Assembly (NCBI GenBank): GCA_965237675.1
Contig: OZ250150.1
Coordinates: 1,408,001-1,472,000, forward strand
DNA from: Candidatus Latescibacterota bacterium
Lineage (GTDB): Bacteria; Latescibacterota; UBA2968; GCA-2709665
DNA: 64,000 nucleotides
Direction: 5' to 3'
The notes under the pieces were generated by a model. That model was not told the DNA's origin. It was given only the letters and a program-made list of their open reading frames with translations, and did no database searches. This document shows, in pieces, positions 26,437 to 36,632 of this stretch. Position 1 is the stretch's first letter. Each line of letters opens with the position of its first letter. A program made the translations under genes and the position numbers.

Positions 26437-28301
26437 CTCTAATTAAGCGGGTTTTTTGAGATTTTTATGTACAAAAGTACCGGAAAGACTTATCTTTGTT
26501 GAAGATAGCAGTATCCGACGAGAAATTGCTACTCCAACGAAGGAGGCCTTTCCGGTGAAAAGAATATCGGTAAAAGAAAGCCGCAGGAACAGTGTTAATT
26601 GTGGGCGCAAGGTACGTGCTCGGCATCAGCTTGGCGGTCGTTTTTGTGCGCAAGGCAAGCCAATGTTTGGCAGCACCTATGTGCATTACGAGGTCAGCGC
26701 CCAGCCGGAAGGGATGAGTTACGGTGGCATAGCGGCCGTGCATCGTCTGGTGACGAAGTTGGGCTTGGTCGAAGGCATCGACGCGACGTTGAAGTTGCTG
26801 AAGGTGCATCTGCCGTATCATGAGTCGGATCACGTGTTGAACCTTGCCTACAACGTGATGTGCGGCGGCACGCGTCTGGAAGACATCGAGCGTTTGCGGC
26901 ATGACGGGGCCTACATGAATGCCTTGAGCGCGAAGCTGATCCCGGACCCGACGACTGCGGGCGACTTTACGCGTCGCTTCACGGAAGCGGACGTGATCGG
27001 GCTGATGGACTGCATTAACGCGGTACGGTCTAAGTTGTGGCGCACGCGGGCTGCCAGTTTGCTTTCTCCGGTGGCGTACATCGACGTGGATGGCACAAGC
27101 GCCCCAACGTATGGGGAGAAGAAGGGCGGCATGGACATCTCCTACAAGGGCGTGTGGGGGTATGCGCCCCTGATCGTATCGTTGGCCAATACCAAAGAGG
27201 TGCTGTATATCGTCAACCGTCCGGGCAACGCGTCTTCTCACCAGGGGGCCGCCCCCTGGATCGATGCGTCCATCCGGGTGGTGAAGCCCCACGCGGGGCG
27301 CGTGTGCCTACGCGGCGACACGGACTTTTCGCTTACGGCTCACCTCGATCGCTGGGCGAAGGACGTCGATTTCATCTTCGGGATGGACTGCAATGACGCC
27401 TTACGAACACGCGCCGAGGCCCTTGACGAAGCCAACTGGCAGCGCCTGCACCGACCTGTAGCACCCCAGAAAAGGCGGCGGCGCGACAATGAGAAGCAGC
27501 GTATCGTCAAGGCGCGGGGCTACCTCAAGCTGGCGCTGAACTTCGAAGACGTGGCTGAGTTTGACTATCAGCCCGGCAAGTGCGAACGGTCCTACCGCGT
27601 TGTGGCGCTGCGAAAAAACATCAGTAAGGCCAAAGGTGAGCAGACCCTCTTCGACGAAATCCGCTATTTCTTCTACATCACCACGCGCGACGACCTGACC
27701 CCCGCCGAGGTCGTCTTTGCTGCCAACAAACGATGCGACCAGGAAAACGTCATCGAACAGCTCAAGAACGGCGTCAATGCCCTGCGCGTGCCCTTGTATG
27801 ACTTGATCAGCAACTGGGCCTACATGGTCATCGCCGCGCTGGCCTGGAACATCAAGTCGTGGTTTGCCTTGATGATGCATCGAAAAAACCATCGCCGACA
27901 CTATATCCGTATGGACTTTCGGACCTTCCTCTCACACATCATCCTTTTTCCCTGTCGTGTCGTGAGACACGCACGAAGCACCACCGTGCGCATCATCGGC
28001 TATCAGCCGTCACTGAATAGACTCTTGAGCGCCTGGGCCACCATCGAACGCACCGGCTTCACCTGACACCGGTACGGACCGTGACCATAGACCACCAGAC
28101 CCACGACGCCTACCGCGACGCAACGGACAAATACGCCCACCCCACAAATAATGGGTCGCTTTACGACTCATACATACACGCAACAAACCGCAGAACGACC
28201 TCCCGTCGACCCCATTAGGCGGCACCGATACTTCTATCAACCAAACCGCAACACAAATTGGCCTTTCTGTTCAGCAAACAACAATACTCGCTTATTTAAG
28301 G
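26437..28301 (+). mobile_element. IS1380-family insertion sequence
   Basis: Imperfect IRs CTCTAATTAAGCG / CGCTTATTTAAGG, flanked by direct repeats CCTAGT at 26431-26436 and 28302-28307. Confidence 0.8.
26456..28066 (+). CDS. IS1380-family DDE transposase (true start probably downstream)
   Basis: PDPTTAGDF, IDVDGT, LRGDTDFS and RCDQENVIEQLK motifs. Confidence 0.9.
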   Translation: MRFLCTKVPERLIFVEDSSIRREIATPTKEAFPVKRISVKESRRNSVNCGRKVRARHQLGGRFCAQGKPMFGSTYVHYEVSAQPEGMSYGGIAAVHRLVTKLGLVEGIDATLKLLKVHLPYHESDHVLNLAYNVMCGGTRLEDIERLRHDGAYMNALSAKLIPDPTTAGDFTRRFTEADVIGLMDCINAVRSKLWRTRAASLLSPVAYIDVDGTSAPTYGEKKGGMDISYKGVWGYAPLIVSLANTKEVLYIVNRPGNASSHQGAAPWIDASIRVVKPHAGRVCLRGDTDFSLTAHLDRWAKDVDFIFGMDCNDALRTRAEALDEANWQRLHRPVAPQKRRRRDNEKQRIVKARGYLKLALNFEDVAEFDYQPGKCERSYRVVALRKNISKAKGEQTLFDEIRYFFYITTRDDLTPAEVVFAANKRCDQENVIEQLKNGVNALRVPLYDLISNWAYMVIAALAWNIKSWFALMMHRKNHRRHYIRMDFRTFLSHIILFPCRVVRHARSTTVRIIGYQPSLNRLLSAWATIERTGFT

Positions 28302-28302
28302 C

Positions 28303-28471
28303 CTAGTGTTCTGTCCCGGAAATAAGTTGCCAAAATTCGGCCGTCGAGTCGCCCGTCTCGCAAGACGCCTGAACGCAGGCGACCTGCGTAAGTTCGGCGA
28401 GCGAAGGCAACGCCGCGAGACGGGATGAATCGGCGGGAGAATGGTGAGGTATTTTTGGGACAGGACACTAG
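28303..28471. mobile_element. MITE (family A), full copy
   Basis: TIRs CTAGTGTTCTGTCCCGGAAATA / TATTTTTGGGACAGGACACTAG. Confidence 0.8.
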
Positions 28472-28517
28472 ATTCCCTTCATGGCCGAGATGCCGCCCAT
28501 GATGTCACGAATGTGAG

Positions 28518-28773
28518 CGACGACCCGACGCTGGCGGGACTGCTGGCGGCGAGGGTCGCGCCTGAAGGCGGCGTTGGGCTCGCGATGATCGGTCCTTGCA
28601 ACGGGAAATCCACAGTTATTGCGGTGCGTGGGCCCGGAGATCGGAGTACGGATGAGCAGGGGCGACGTTTCGATGATTCCGACCTGGTTCGACGCTGGAA
28701 CGTGATTCAGGGTCTGGATCGGGTGAGGAGGGCGGTGTTGGGTGTGATGAAGTCACCGGTAGATTGGAATTAG
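28518..28773 (+). pseudogene. Diverged duplicate of the cinA 3' end
   Basis: 256 bp colinear with 24552-24807; both end SPVDWN*. Confidence 0.88.
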
Positions 28774-28832
28774 TCGGCGGGCCGGTCTGAACGTCGGGCT
28801 CCGGCATCGCTTTTTGCTGGGAGAAAAACAGC

Positions 28833-30101
28833 ATGGCCGAATCGGGTAAGCCGGTATTTCGGAAGCCGATTCCAGATGGCGTTATGGAGCACGTCGGGGT
28901 GGGCGCCGGAAGCGCAACGGCCGTTGTAGAGGTGCAAAACGGGCTGTTGATGATTGCGGGACGCCGTTGTTACCTGTCCGGAGACTCAGGGCTGACCTGG
29001 GAAAAAGTGGATGCGCCGGACTGGGAAATGCTTGGAGAAACCTCCTGCCTGTCTTGCCTCCGGTTGCAGTCGGGCCGGCTTGCCCTCGCGCACCTCGGGG
29101 GCAGGAATAGGCATCATGGTTCGGAGATGTTCAACTGGAATCCGTTTTATCTGTCGGTGTCGGACGACGAGGGCCGGTCCTGGTCAGGAGAATGGCCGAT
29201 GAATCTGCTCGGGGGGCCGTATTACGATACGATGATTCAGATGCCGAACGGGCGGATGGTGATGCCGAGCCGGATCTGTCACAGCAACAACCATCACTCC
29301 GGGTTGGAATACGAACGGGTGAGCAGTTATGGGGTTTGGAAAGGCCGGCGCATCCAGGTGAGTGGACACTACCATTACCCGGAGGTGGATATTGCCTCGG
29401 TGAGTTATTCGGACGACGAAGGCCGCACATGGAAGATGTGCCGGGGCCAGTTGATGGGGTGGTTCGACGCCGAGGGTATTCCGAACGGTCGTGGAGGCAT
29501 TACCGCGGTGGATGAGCCGGGCGTGGCCGTGTGTCCCGACGGACGGTTGATGATGATGGCGAGGTCCACGGTGGGGCGACTGGTGCAGAGTTACAGCGAG
29601 GACGGTGGTGAGACCTGGACGCCCGTGATGCCAAACGATCTTGCCGCTTCGTATTCGCCGCCCAGGCTCAGGCGGATTCCGGGTACTGGGGATTTGTTGT
29701 GCGTCTGGAACCAGACATCCCGTGAGGAGATCTTGAGAGGGTATCGGCGGGGAAGATTGTCGGCGGCGGTTTCGAGCGATAGTGGGGCCAGTTGGTCTCA
29801 CTTCAGGACGATCGAACTCAGCGGCGGGATGGAAGACGTGGCACGGGTTTCGCCTCAGTATCCGGTCAGCCCCGTCGTTGCGCTCCCGGAGCTGGGGACG
29901 CTGCCCGAGGATTTTGCGACCTTCGATTACGCAAACGTGTGGTTTCACGGCGACAGGGTGCTGCTGATGTATCATCGGAGTTGGGTGGAGGCGGACGAGG
30001 ACACAGGTGAGGCCGTGACGCTGGGGGAACGGGAGCGTACGGCCAGAAAGCCCGGAGAATTGGTGCTGCGCGTTTATCCACTTGCGTGGTTTTACGATTG
30101 A
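28833..30101 (+). CDS. Sialidase-like BNR/Asp-box protein
   Basis: Repeated SDDEGRSW, SDDEGRTW, SEDGGETW and SSDSGASW boxes. Confidence 0.85.
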   Translation: MAESGKPVFRKPIPDGVMEHVGVGAGSATAVVEVQNGLLMIAGRRCYLSGDSGLTWEKVDAPDWEMLGETSCLSCLRLQSGRLALAHLGGRNRHHGSEMFNWNPFYLSVSDDEGRSWSGEWPMNLLGGPYYDTMIQMPNGRMVMPSRICHSNNHHSGLEYERVSSYGVWKGRRIQVSGHYHYPEVDIASVSYSDDEGRTWKMCRGQLMGWFDAEGIPNGRGGITAVDEPGVAVCPDGRLMMMARSTVGRLVQSYSEDGGETWTPVMPNDLAASYSPPRLRRIPGTGDLLCVWNQTSREEILRGYRRGRLSAAVSSDSGASWSHFRTIELSGGMEDVARVSPQYPVSPVVALPELGTLPEDFATFDYANVWFHGDRVLLMYHRSWVEADEDTGEAVTLGERERTARKPGELVLRVYPLAWFYD

Positions 30102-30117
30102 GTAGACGGATAGGCCG

Positions 30118-31218
30118 ATGGCGCGACGTGGATTCATTGAACAGGTGGGCGACTATGTGATCCGCGAACAGGGGTTCGGGGAGATCCAGAGGGATCCCGA
30201 GGTGCAGTTCACACTGTGCGGGGTCGATCCGTACGGCTATTTTGAAAACATCCGGCGGTTTGTGGCGGAACTGGATGGAAAGATCGTCGGCGAGGGTTGG
30301 ACGCTGACGTCCCGTCACGGGCCGTGGGGGAGGTTGGGGCACTATGGGATGTTTGAGGAGGAGCACAAGCGGAAAGGGTTGGGCGGGCGGTTGCTGAAGC
30401 TGTGCATCGACGCGGTGAAAGAGACGGGTGTGGAGGCGATGTTCATCGATACCGGGCCGAGCATCGCGCACCGTGTATACGAAAAGTACGGGTTTCGTGA
30501 CGTAGTGCAGGACCATCCGGAGTGGCTGGGATTGGATTATGGCGGCAGGACGATCCACGAGTACCTTGAAGTTTTTTACCGGGTTCGCGACGGCGACTCA
30601 TTGAAGGTGCGACCCCTGGATTTCAGCCATTTAAACGAGATTCAGGTACTGTTGAACTCGGCTTTGGAACCGGACGTTCTGGTGAAGAACTATCTGCTGA
30701 CGCTGTTTGCGGACGATCAACTTCACGAGGGTCAGATTCTTGTGGAAATCCCGAAGGTGTCGGAGGGGCGGTCCGAAGTGCGGCAGGTCCGGATGCTGGG
30801 GCTGTTTGCGGGATCGAAGCTTATTGGATTTTCAACGCTGGCGCCATGGCGCACAACAAGGTGGGACAACCGGCACGAGGCCCATATCGGACTGATGGAT
30901 ATGTACCTGCGCCGGGGGATGTGGCGCCTCGACAGGTGCCGCGTTTTGTTCGATGGAATCCGGGATTCGGCCCTGGACATGGGATTCTGCCGTTTGCGTA
31001 CGATGGAAACGCCTCGGGAAACGGTGAAGACCGGAATTTTGCAGGCTCTGGGGTTCCGGGCGGGTTACGAGATGCCGGCGGCGCTGGTGATGGGGGTCGG
31101 CGCGCCGGAGAGGGGCGCCTATCCGGGGGTGCGAACGGAGAACCTGGCCGCTTACGAAATCGCGCTGGACGAACCGGGAGAGTTTACGCATCCGTATCGG
31201 ATTCCGTGGGACTATTGA
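30118..31218 (+). CDS. GNAT acetyltransferase (probably two GNAT domains)
   Basis: HKRKGLGGRLL and AHRVYEKYGF motifs. Confidence 0.75.
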   Translation: MARRGFIEQVGDYVIREQGFGEIQRDPEVQFTLCGVDPYGYFENIRRFVAELDGKIVGEGWTLTSRHGPWGRLGHYGMFEEEHKRKGLGGRLLKLCIDAVKETGVEAMFIDTGPSIAHRVYEKYGFRDVVQDHPEWLGLDYGGRTIHEYLEVFYRVRDGDSLKVRPLDFSHLNEIQVLLNSALEPDVLVKNYLLTLFADDQLHEGQILVEIPKVSEGRSEVRQVRMLGLFAGSKLIGFSTLAPWRTTRWDNRHEAHIGLMDMYLRRGMWRLDRCRVLFDGIRDSALDMGFCRLRTMETPRETVKTGILQALGFRAGYEMPAALVMGVGAPERGAYPGVRTENLAAYEIALDEPGEFTHPYRIPWDY

Positions 31219-31457
31219 ACGGCAATGGGTCGAAGGCGGGCGTTAGGAGTTGGCCGGTCACAAGGCACAGAGGTGCGCGCTGGAATGACAACCTGTAGCG
31301 TCCATGGTTCACGGCGGTAGGCGAATGTACGCCCGCCAGGTCCCGAGCGGGTCGGAAAATTTCTCCAGACAGTGTAACATAAATGCAATCTACGGATATA
31401 TCTTATTTATTTTCAAGGATTACGCACGCCTCTTCTCGACAAACGCAACCAAATGCA

Positions 31458-31486
31458 TTGACTAAACTGATGCTTTGCATTATAAA
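31458..31486 (+). promoter_or_regulatory. Candidate sigma70 promoter
   Basis: TTGACT-17 bp-TATAAA in an AT-rich intergenic region. Confidence 0.4.
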
Positions 31487-31745
31487 TTAGGGGTTCTTGG
31501 GAGATTCCGACCAAAAGGCGATTTTGTGGGGATCTGCCTCAAGTGCCCGTTTTTGTTTGCAAATCTCGCCTTGGGAGGAATGCGAACCCACGACACTGCC
31601 GCGAATTCCCAGGTATTCATTCGTCATTGGCACCCTGAAAATCATGAGCTAAAAATGACCGGGTCTCGCCACTGGCGTCCGGTTTGGTAATTCTGGGCAG
31701 TACGATAGCCACGATCACTCACCGTGAACCGACGAGGAGGCTTCC

Positions 31746-31979
31746 ATGGATCGCAATGCAGATACCGCAGGACTGTGTCTTAGTGTATTCAGCGCCGGCG
31801 TGTTGGCGGGCATCGCCCTTGGACTGACAGCCGGCGTTTTGCTGGCGCCCCGGAGCGGCGTCGAATCCCGCGAATCCGTTCGCCGCAGTGTCGATAAGGC
31901 CGTCAAAAAGGGCCGATCATACGTTGAACGAACCCGCGTTCAAGACGACGACGGGGCGGAAGAGGCCACAGAAGAATAG
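31746..31979 (+). CDS. YtxH-like small membrane protein
   Basis: GVLAGIALGLTAGVLLAPRSGVESRE motif; GAGGAGG RBS. Confidence 0.75.
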   Translation: MDRNADTAGLCLSVFSAGVLAGIALGLTAGVLLAPRSGVESRESVRRSVDKAVKKGRSYVERTRVQDDDGAEEATEE

Positions 31980-32135
31980 ACCCTTTGGGCAGGAGTCGAA
32001 AGGAATTTCAGGTAATGCCGGCATTTCGTTGCTGGCGTCCGACCCTTCCTCTCCCTTCTCGCCAGGAGGAATTCGACGCTCGGAGCGCATACGGTCCGTC
32101 TCAGCACAGGAACGTTATTTGTTAAGGGGCGATAC

Positions 32136-32417
32136 TTGAAAAAGGTAATTGCCGCAGCTGTACTGGGCTGCCTGCTGGGTGTTGTGGATCAGGCTCTTGC
32201 CGGAGAATTCACGATCTACGGATTCGTCCGTTTCGACGCCGTTATCGACGATTCCAGGATGCAAAGTCACCAGTTCGGTTTCTGGGTAAAGCCGGAGCCG
32301 CCTGACGCCGAAGACGATGGCAATTTGACCATGTACCCGCGTCTCACCCGCCTGGGGCGCCCCACGCTGGCGAGCACGTTACACCGATATGGGATTCCGG
32401 TACATGAGAAGATGTGA
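32136..32417 (+). pseudogene. Truncated DcaP-like outer-membrane porin N-terminus
   Basis: Signal peptide followed by FTIYGFVRFDAVID...TRLG, then an abrupt end. Confidence 0.55.
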
Positions 32418-32605
32418 ACGCGATCGAGCGTCGACCGGCGTATGGCGATGCCGGCGCGTAACGTGGATGTACAGTGCATTGTCGTAAACGTAATATCGAA
32501 GGATCCATATTCCTTGAGTTGAAACATCACGGACCGAAACCCGAAATCTCAAAATCAGACCTGCGGAATACCACCCCCTGAATGTTCGGCCTTACAATCC
32601 CCGTA

Positions 32606-33388
32606 CTATTTTTCCTCTCCGATAGCAACAAGAATCTCGCGGCCGTTCAGCGCCTGTACCGGCCGGTTATTTTTGTGAACAATTGCTTCGAATGCGGCAA
32701 TCTGCGCCTCTGAGATTTCAATGGGCGTTGCCAGCACGAACCACCTGACCCCCTCAGAGCAGGGTGGGGTCGTCAGGGAACCTTCGTATCGATAGGCGCG
32801 CCCGTCCCGCGGAAGCCAATCGCCGGGGTTAACGGAGACACCTTCGATGCGTTTCATTTCGCCCGGCGCGCGCGGCAAATGCTCCGACACAAGATTGAAT
32901 GCGACGTGGTGGCTTCCCCGCTCGATCAGCACACCAATTACGTGCAACGCGCCGTCCTCGTTTCGGTGAACGAGGTGCATCTCCATGTCAAATGACTTGC
33001 CGTCCATCGTATGTTCGGATGGCGCATGGAAATGGCACTGTAGCAGGTTGTATTTATTACCGGCAATCTCGATCCAGTTCTCCCCGGTGAATGCCATTTT
33101 TATGGTGTGGCCGTTATTGCGGATATTCAGGGCCGTTGGCTGGTAGTTGAAGACGATGGCAGGAAGTCTTGCCGGCGTCGGGTTCCGGAGGTCAATGGGG
33201 GATTGGCCCGACCCTTCGGCGCAAAGCGCATATTTCCGGCTCAGCCGGCCCCAGGAGTCCGGTCCGTTCTCGGCATCGTACCCCCACGCAACCTTATCCA
33301 ATCAGGATGGCGAATCCTCCGGCTCTGAACAGGCAATCATCAAAATACACACTATACACATCAAGATGGTAGGTTTGATAACTGTCAT
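32606..33388 (-). pseudogene. Alpha-carbonic anhydrase lipoprotein with in-frame TGA at 33302-33304
   Basis: QSPID, NNGHT, QCHFHAPSEH, EMHLVH and YEGSLTTPPCSEGV motifs; signal peptide (LMIAC) is in frame upstream of the stop. Confidence 0.85.
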
Positions 33389-33624
33389 GTTTTTGCGTTC
33401 TCTAGGAGTCTGCGCCGCAGGAAAATTCATTTCAATGGACAGGTAATGGTAGGTATAATGGGTCGTGTCGTTCAGAAATGTCAAGCAGGAATAGGGTTGT
33501 GAGTTGTGTCAACGGGGGGAGCTATCGATGCCAACGACCTTTCGTGCGTATCACCCGGACCAGATATTGCTGTTGGTCTGGCGCCTGTAGTCGGGTTGTT
33601 ACGCGGATCGACCGGGAGAGATAA

Positions 33625-35367
33625 ATGCCTTCGGAAAAAACCCGTACAAACGAAACCATCCGGTACGAGCCGGACGAGCGGCCCCCCCACTCAGTCGCCG
33701 CTGCGGTCGGCTTTCAGGCCGCCGTTGTGGTCCTGGCGCCGGTTGTGCTCAGCGCGGTGATTATTGGCCGGGCGGCCAATCAACCGGAAAGCTATCTGAA
33801 CTGGATCGCCTTCGCGGCACTGGTGGTCAGTGGCGTGAGTACGGTTCTGCAAGCGGCCAGGGTTGGACGTATAGGGGCCGGGCACGTACTCATCATGGGC
33901 ACCTCGGGCGCCTTCATCGCGGTGTGCATCACGGCCCTGGTGAAGGGTGGGCCGGCCCTGATGGCGAGCCTGATCGTTGTTTCCTCGCTGTTTCAGTTCG
34001 CGCTGGCCGCGCGGCTTTCACTTCTGCGCAGGATTATCACGCCGGTCGTTTCCGGAACGGTGATTATGCTGATCGCCGTTACCGTGATGCCGATTGTTTT
34101 CGGATTGTTGACGGATGTGCCGGAGGGAACGCCTGTGGCCGCGCCGCCGGCCGCGGCCGGCGCGACGTTTGTTACCCTTGTCGTGCTGGCGTTACGCGCT
34201 CCTGCAGCCTGGCGGCTGTGGGCGCCGCTGATCGGGATTGTGGTGGGTTGCGCGGTGTCCGCAGCCTTCGGGCTGTACGACATTCGTCCCGTTTTGGAGG
34301 CTTCCTGGATCGGTCTTCCCAATTACGGCTGGCCGGGATTGGATCTCACTTTCAGCGCTGAGTTCTGGGCGTTGCTGCCGGCATTTGTGGTGGTTACGAT
34401 CGTCGGGGCGATCGAGACCGTTGGCGATGGTGTTGCCATTCAACGGGTCTCGCGCCGCCGGCCGCGGGCAACCGACTTCCGCCTGGTGCAGGGCGCCCTC
34501 AACGCCGACGGGATGGGCAACCTCCTTTCCGGTCTTTTCGGGACGCCCCCCAATACGACCTATTCCACCAGCATATCGCTTGCCGAACTCACCGGGGTCG
34601 CGGCGCGCCGCGTCGGGGTATATATCGGGATCCTATTTGTATTGCTGGCCCTGTCCCCCAAGGTAACGGCCCTCGTGATTGCCATTCCCAATCCTGTGGG
34701 CGCGGCCTATGTTACCGTCTTGATCGGTCTGTTGTTTGTGCAGGGGATGAAGCTGATTGTGGAGGATGGCATCGATCACCGGAAGGCCACAGTGGTGGGG
34801 CTGTCATTCTGGCTGGGTGTGGGTTTTCAGAGTCAGGTGATCTTCCCCGACTTGCTTGGCGGGACGTGGGGCATGTTGCTCGGCAACGGGATGACCGCAG
34901 GCGGTCTTGCAGCAATCCTTCTGACCGCGTTCATGGTACTGACGGCCCGACGGCGGAAGCGTCTGGAGGTCGAGTTGGCTACCGCCTCGCTGCCCGGGAT
35001 CGACGAGTTCCTCCGCAAGTTTGCGGCAGGTAACGGCTGGAACGACCCGGAAACCGGGCGGCTGTGCGCCGCGGGGGAAGAAACCCTGGCGATTCTGATA
35101 CAACAGGCGCAGGAGAGTGCGCCGGAGGGAGGACGGCTACTGGTCCTCACCGCACGGCTTATGGAAGGGACGACAGAACTGGAGTTTCTGGCCGCTCCGG
35201 CGGGAGAAAACCTCGAAGACAGGCTGGCGTATCTGAGTGAACAGCCCGAGATAATGGACGAACACGAAATCTCGTTTCGCCTGTTGCGCCATTACGCTTC
35301 GTCGGTGCGCCACCAGAAGTATCACGATATGGACATTATCACGGTGCGGGTCGAGGGTACGTCGTAG
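33625..35367 (+). CDS. NCS2 xanthine/uracil permease with C-terminal soluble extension
   Basis: PVVSGTVIMLIA, AIETVGD and PPNTTYSTS motifs; ~135-aa tail. Confidence 0.85.
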   Translation: MPSEKTRTNETIRYEPDERPPHSVAAAVGFQAAVVVLAPVVLSAVIIGRAANQPESYLNWIAFAALVVSGVSTVLQAARVGRIGAGHVLIMGTSGAFIAVCITALVKGGPALMASLIVVSSLFQFALAARLSLLRRIITPVVSGTVIMLIAVTVMPIVFGLLTDVPEGTPVAAPPAAAGATFVTLVVLALRAPAAWRLWAPLIGIVVGCAVSAAFGLYDIRPVLEASWIGLPNYGWPGLDLTFSAEFWALLPAFVVVTIVGAIETVGDGVAIQRVSRRRPRATDFRLVQGALNADGMGNLLSGLFGTPPNTTYSTSISLAELTGVAARRVGVYIGILFVLLALSPKVTALVIAIPNPVGAAYVTVLIGLLFVQGMKLIVEDGIDHRKATVVGLSFWLGVGFQSQVIFPDLLGGTWGMLLGNGMTAGGLAAILLTAFMVLTARRRKRLEVELATASLPGIDEFLRKFAAGNGWNDPETGRLCAAGEETLAILIQQAQESAPEGGRLLVLTARLMEGTTELEFLAAPAGENLEDRLAYLSEQPEIMDEHEISFRLLRHYASSVRHQKYHDMDIITVRVEGTS

Positions 35368-35442
35368 TTGAACGCCTGGCAGGGACAGGCTTTTTGTCAA
35401 TCGCCGGCCGAGGATCGACGTGTGAAGCCGGCGCGATTCGAC

Positions 35443-36099
35443 CTAGTAAGGCCTCATCTGGACGGCCAGGGCGAGCGAAAGTTCGATTTCCGTGATTGCC
35501 CGGAACGTAGCCTGGCCGATCAGGTCGAGCCGCCGCACCTGGTTAATTCGCGGGGCAACGCGCGCGAGTTCGCGGGAAGACAGGATCTGGTTGAACAGGT
35601 TACAGGCGTGCGCCAGACTGATGATCACCACGTCGCGCGGGTCGGGTATCTCATCGCTGAACAGGATTTCCATAATCCTGAGCTTGACCTCCCGTTCAGC
35701 CTGGTCGTCGATGACGGGATAGCGCCTCGTCCGGAAAACCCACATGAACCGGTCGTCCCGACGTTCAAGGACGCCTCGCTCTACCAGCCGGTCGAGCGAT
35801 CCTTCGCGAATGCGCTCCGCGCTGCGAATGGCGGTGCGTTCCACCCAGAAACGCGCGTCGTGCGTTTCGGTTGCCCGCGATATGTCGGCAAGCGTCGGAT
35901 CGAGAAGGTTGTCCTGAACGGGTGTCGAATCCACGAGGACAAGCTGCTTCGGATCGGTGTCGATACGGTTCTCCATCGCCAGGTCCATCAGCACCCCGCC
36001 GGCAAGCGCATACCGCAACGACGGGTCCGGCACCCGGGCGAATTTCCCGTTCTCGTCGTCGAGAATGAGGAGCATGAGTTCTTCGGGGAATCTCAGCAT
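35443..36099 (-). CDS. GPP34/GOLPH3-family protein
   Basis: EELMLLILDDENG, ALAGGVLMDLAMENRI, LVERGVL and PDPRDVVIISLA motifs. Confidence 0.85.
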   Translation of the reverse strand: MLRFPEELMLLILDDENGKFARVPDPSLRYALAGGVLMDLAMENRIDTDPKQLVLVDSTPVQDNLLDPTLADISRATETHDARFWVERTAIRSAERIREGSLDRLVERGVLERRDDRFMWVFRTRRYPVIDDQAEREVKLRIMEILFSDEIPDPRDVVIISLAHACNLFNQILSSRELARVAPRINQVRRLDLIGQATFRAITEIELSLALAVQMRPY

Positions 36100-36336
36100 T
36101 GACCTTTCCTTTCGTGTAATCGGGCTAATATCATGATACGGCATGTTCGGCTTCAGTCAAGCCCGGCTGCCGTTTTACGGCGACAGGAAGGCGGCGCGAA
36201 GTCATTGCACCCCGACAAGGGTGAGCAGAGACATGAACGGGTTTGATGAAAACCGGGAGGGGCCTCGCGTTCCGGAATTCACCTGTACCGCACGTCAATC
36301 CATTAATGTGTCCCAACGCCACTGAGAATCGGAGGC

Positions 36337-36564
36337 ATCGATTTCTCCGAAGCCACCTATCTCGATGACAGCGCGGCCGTGGTAATAGGGGAACTCATGG
36401 ATCTCGCCGAAAGCGAACAGACCGAATGCATCGTGATGGGACTGTCCGGTCTGACGGCGAGAACGCTAAATACACTCGGCATCCTGCAGCATGTTCCGAA
36501 GCGTCGCATTGTCGAAACACTCGATGACGCACGACAGGCCGCAAGAGGGATCCTTGGCGCATAG
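36337..36564 (+). pseudogene. Orphan STAS-domain fragment (SulP C-terminus)
   Basis: IDFSEATYLDDSAAVVIGEL; no upstream TM domain. Confidence 0.65.
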
Positions 36565-36632
36565 AACGAAATTTCGGGAATCGCTACCGAAAACTTCCGT
36601 GACTACGATCCGTCGGCGCAGACAATCGATAT

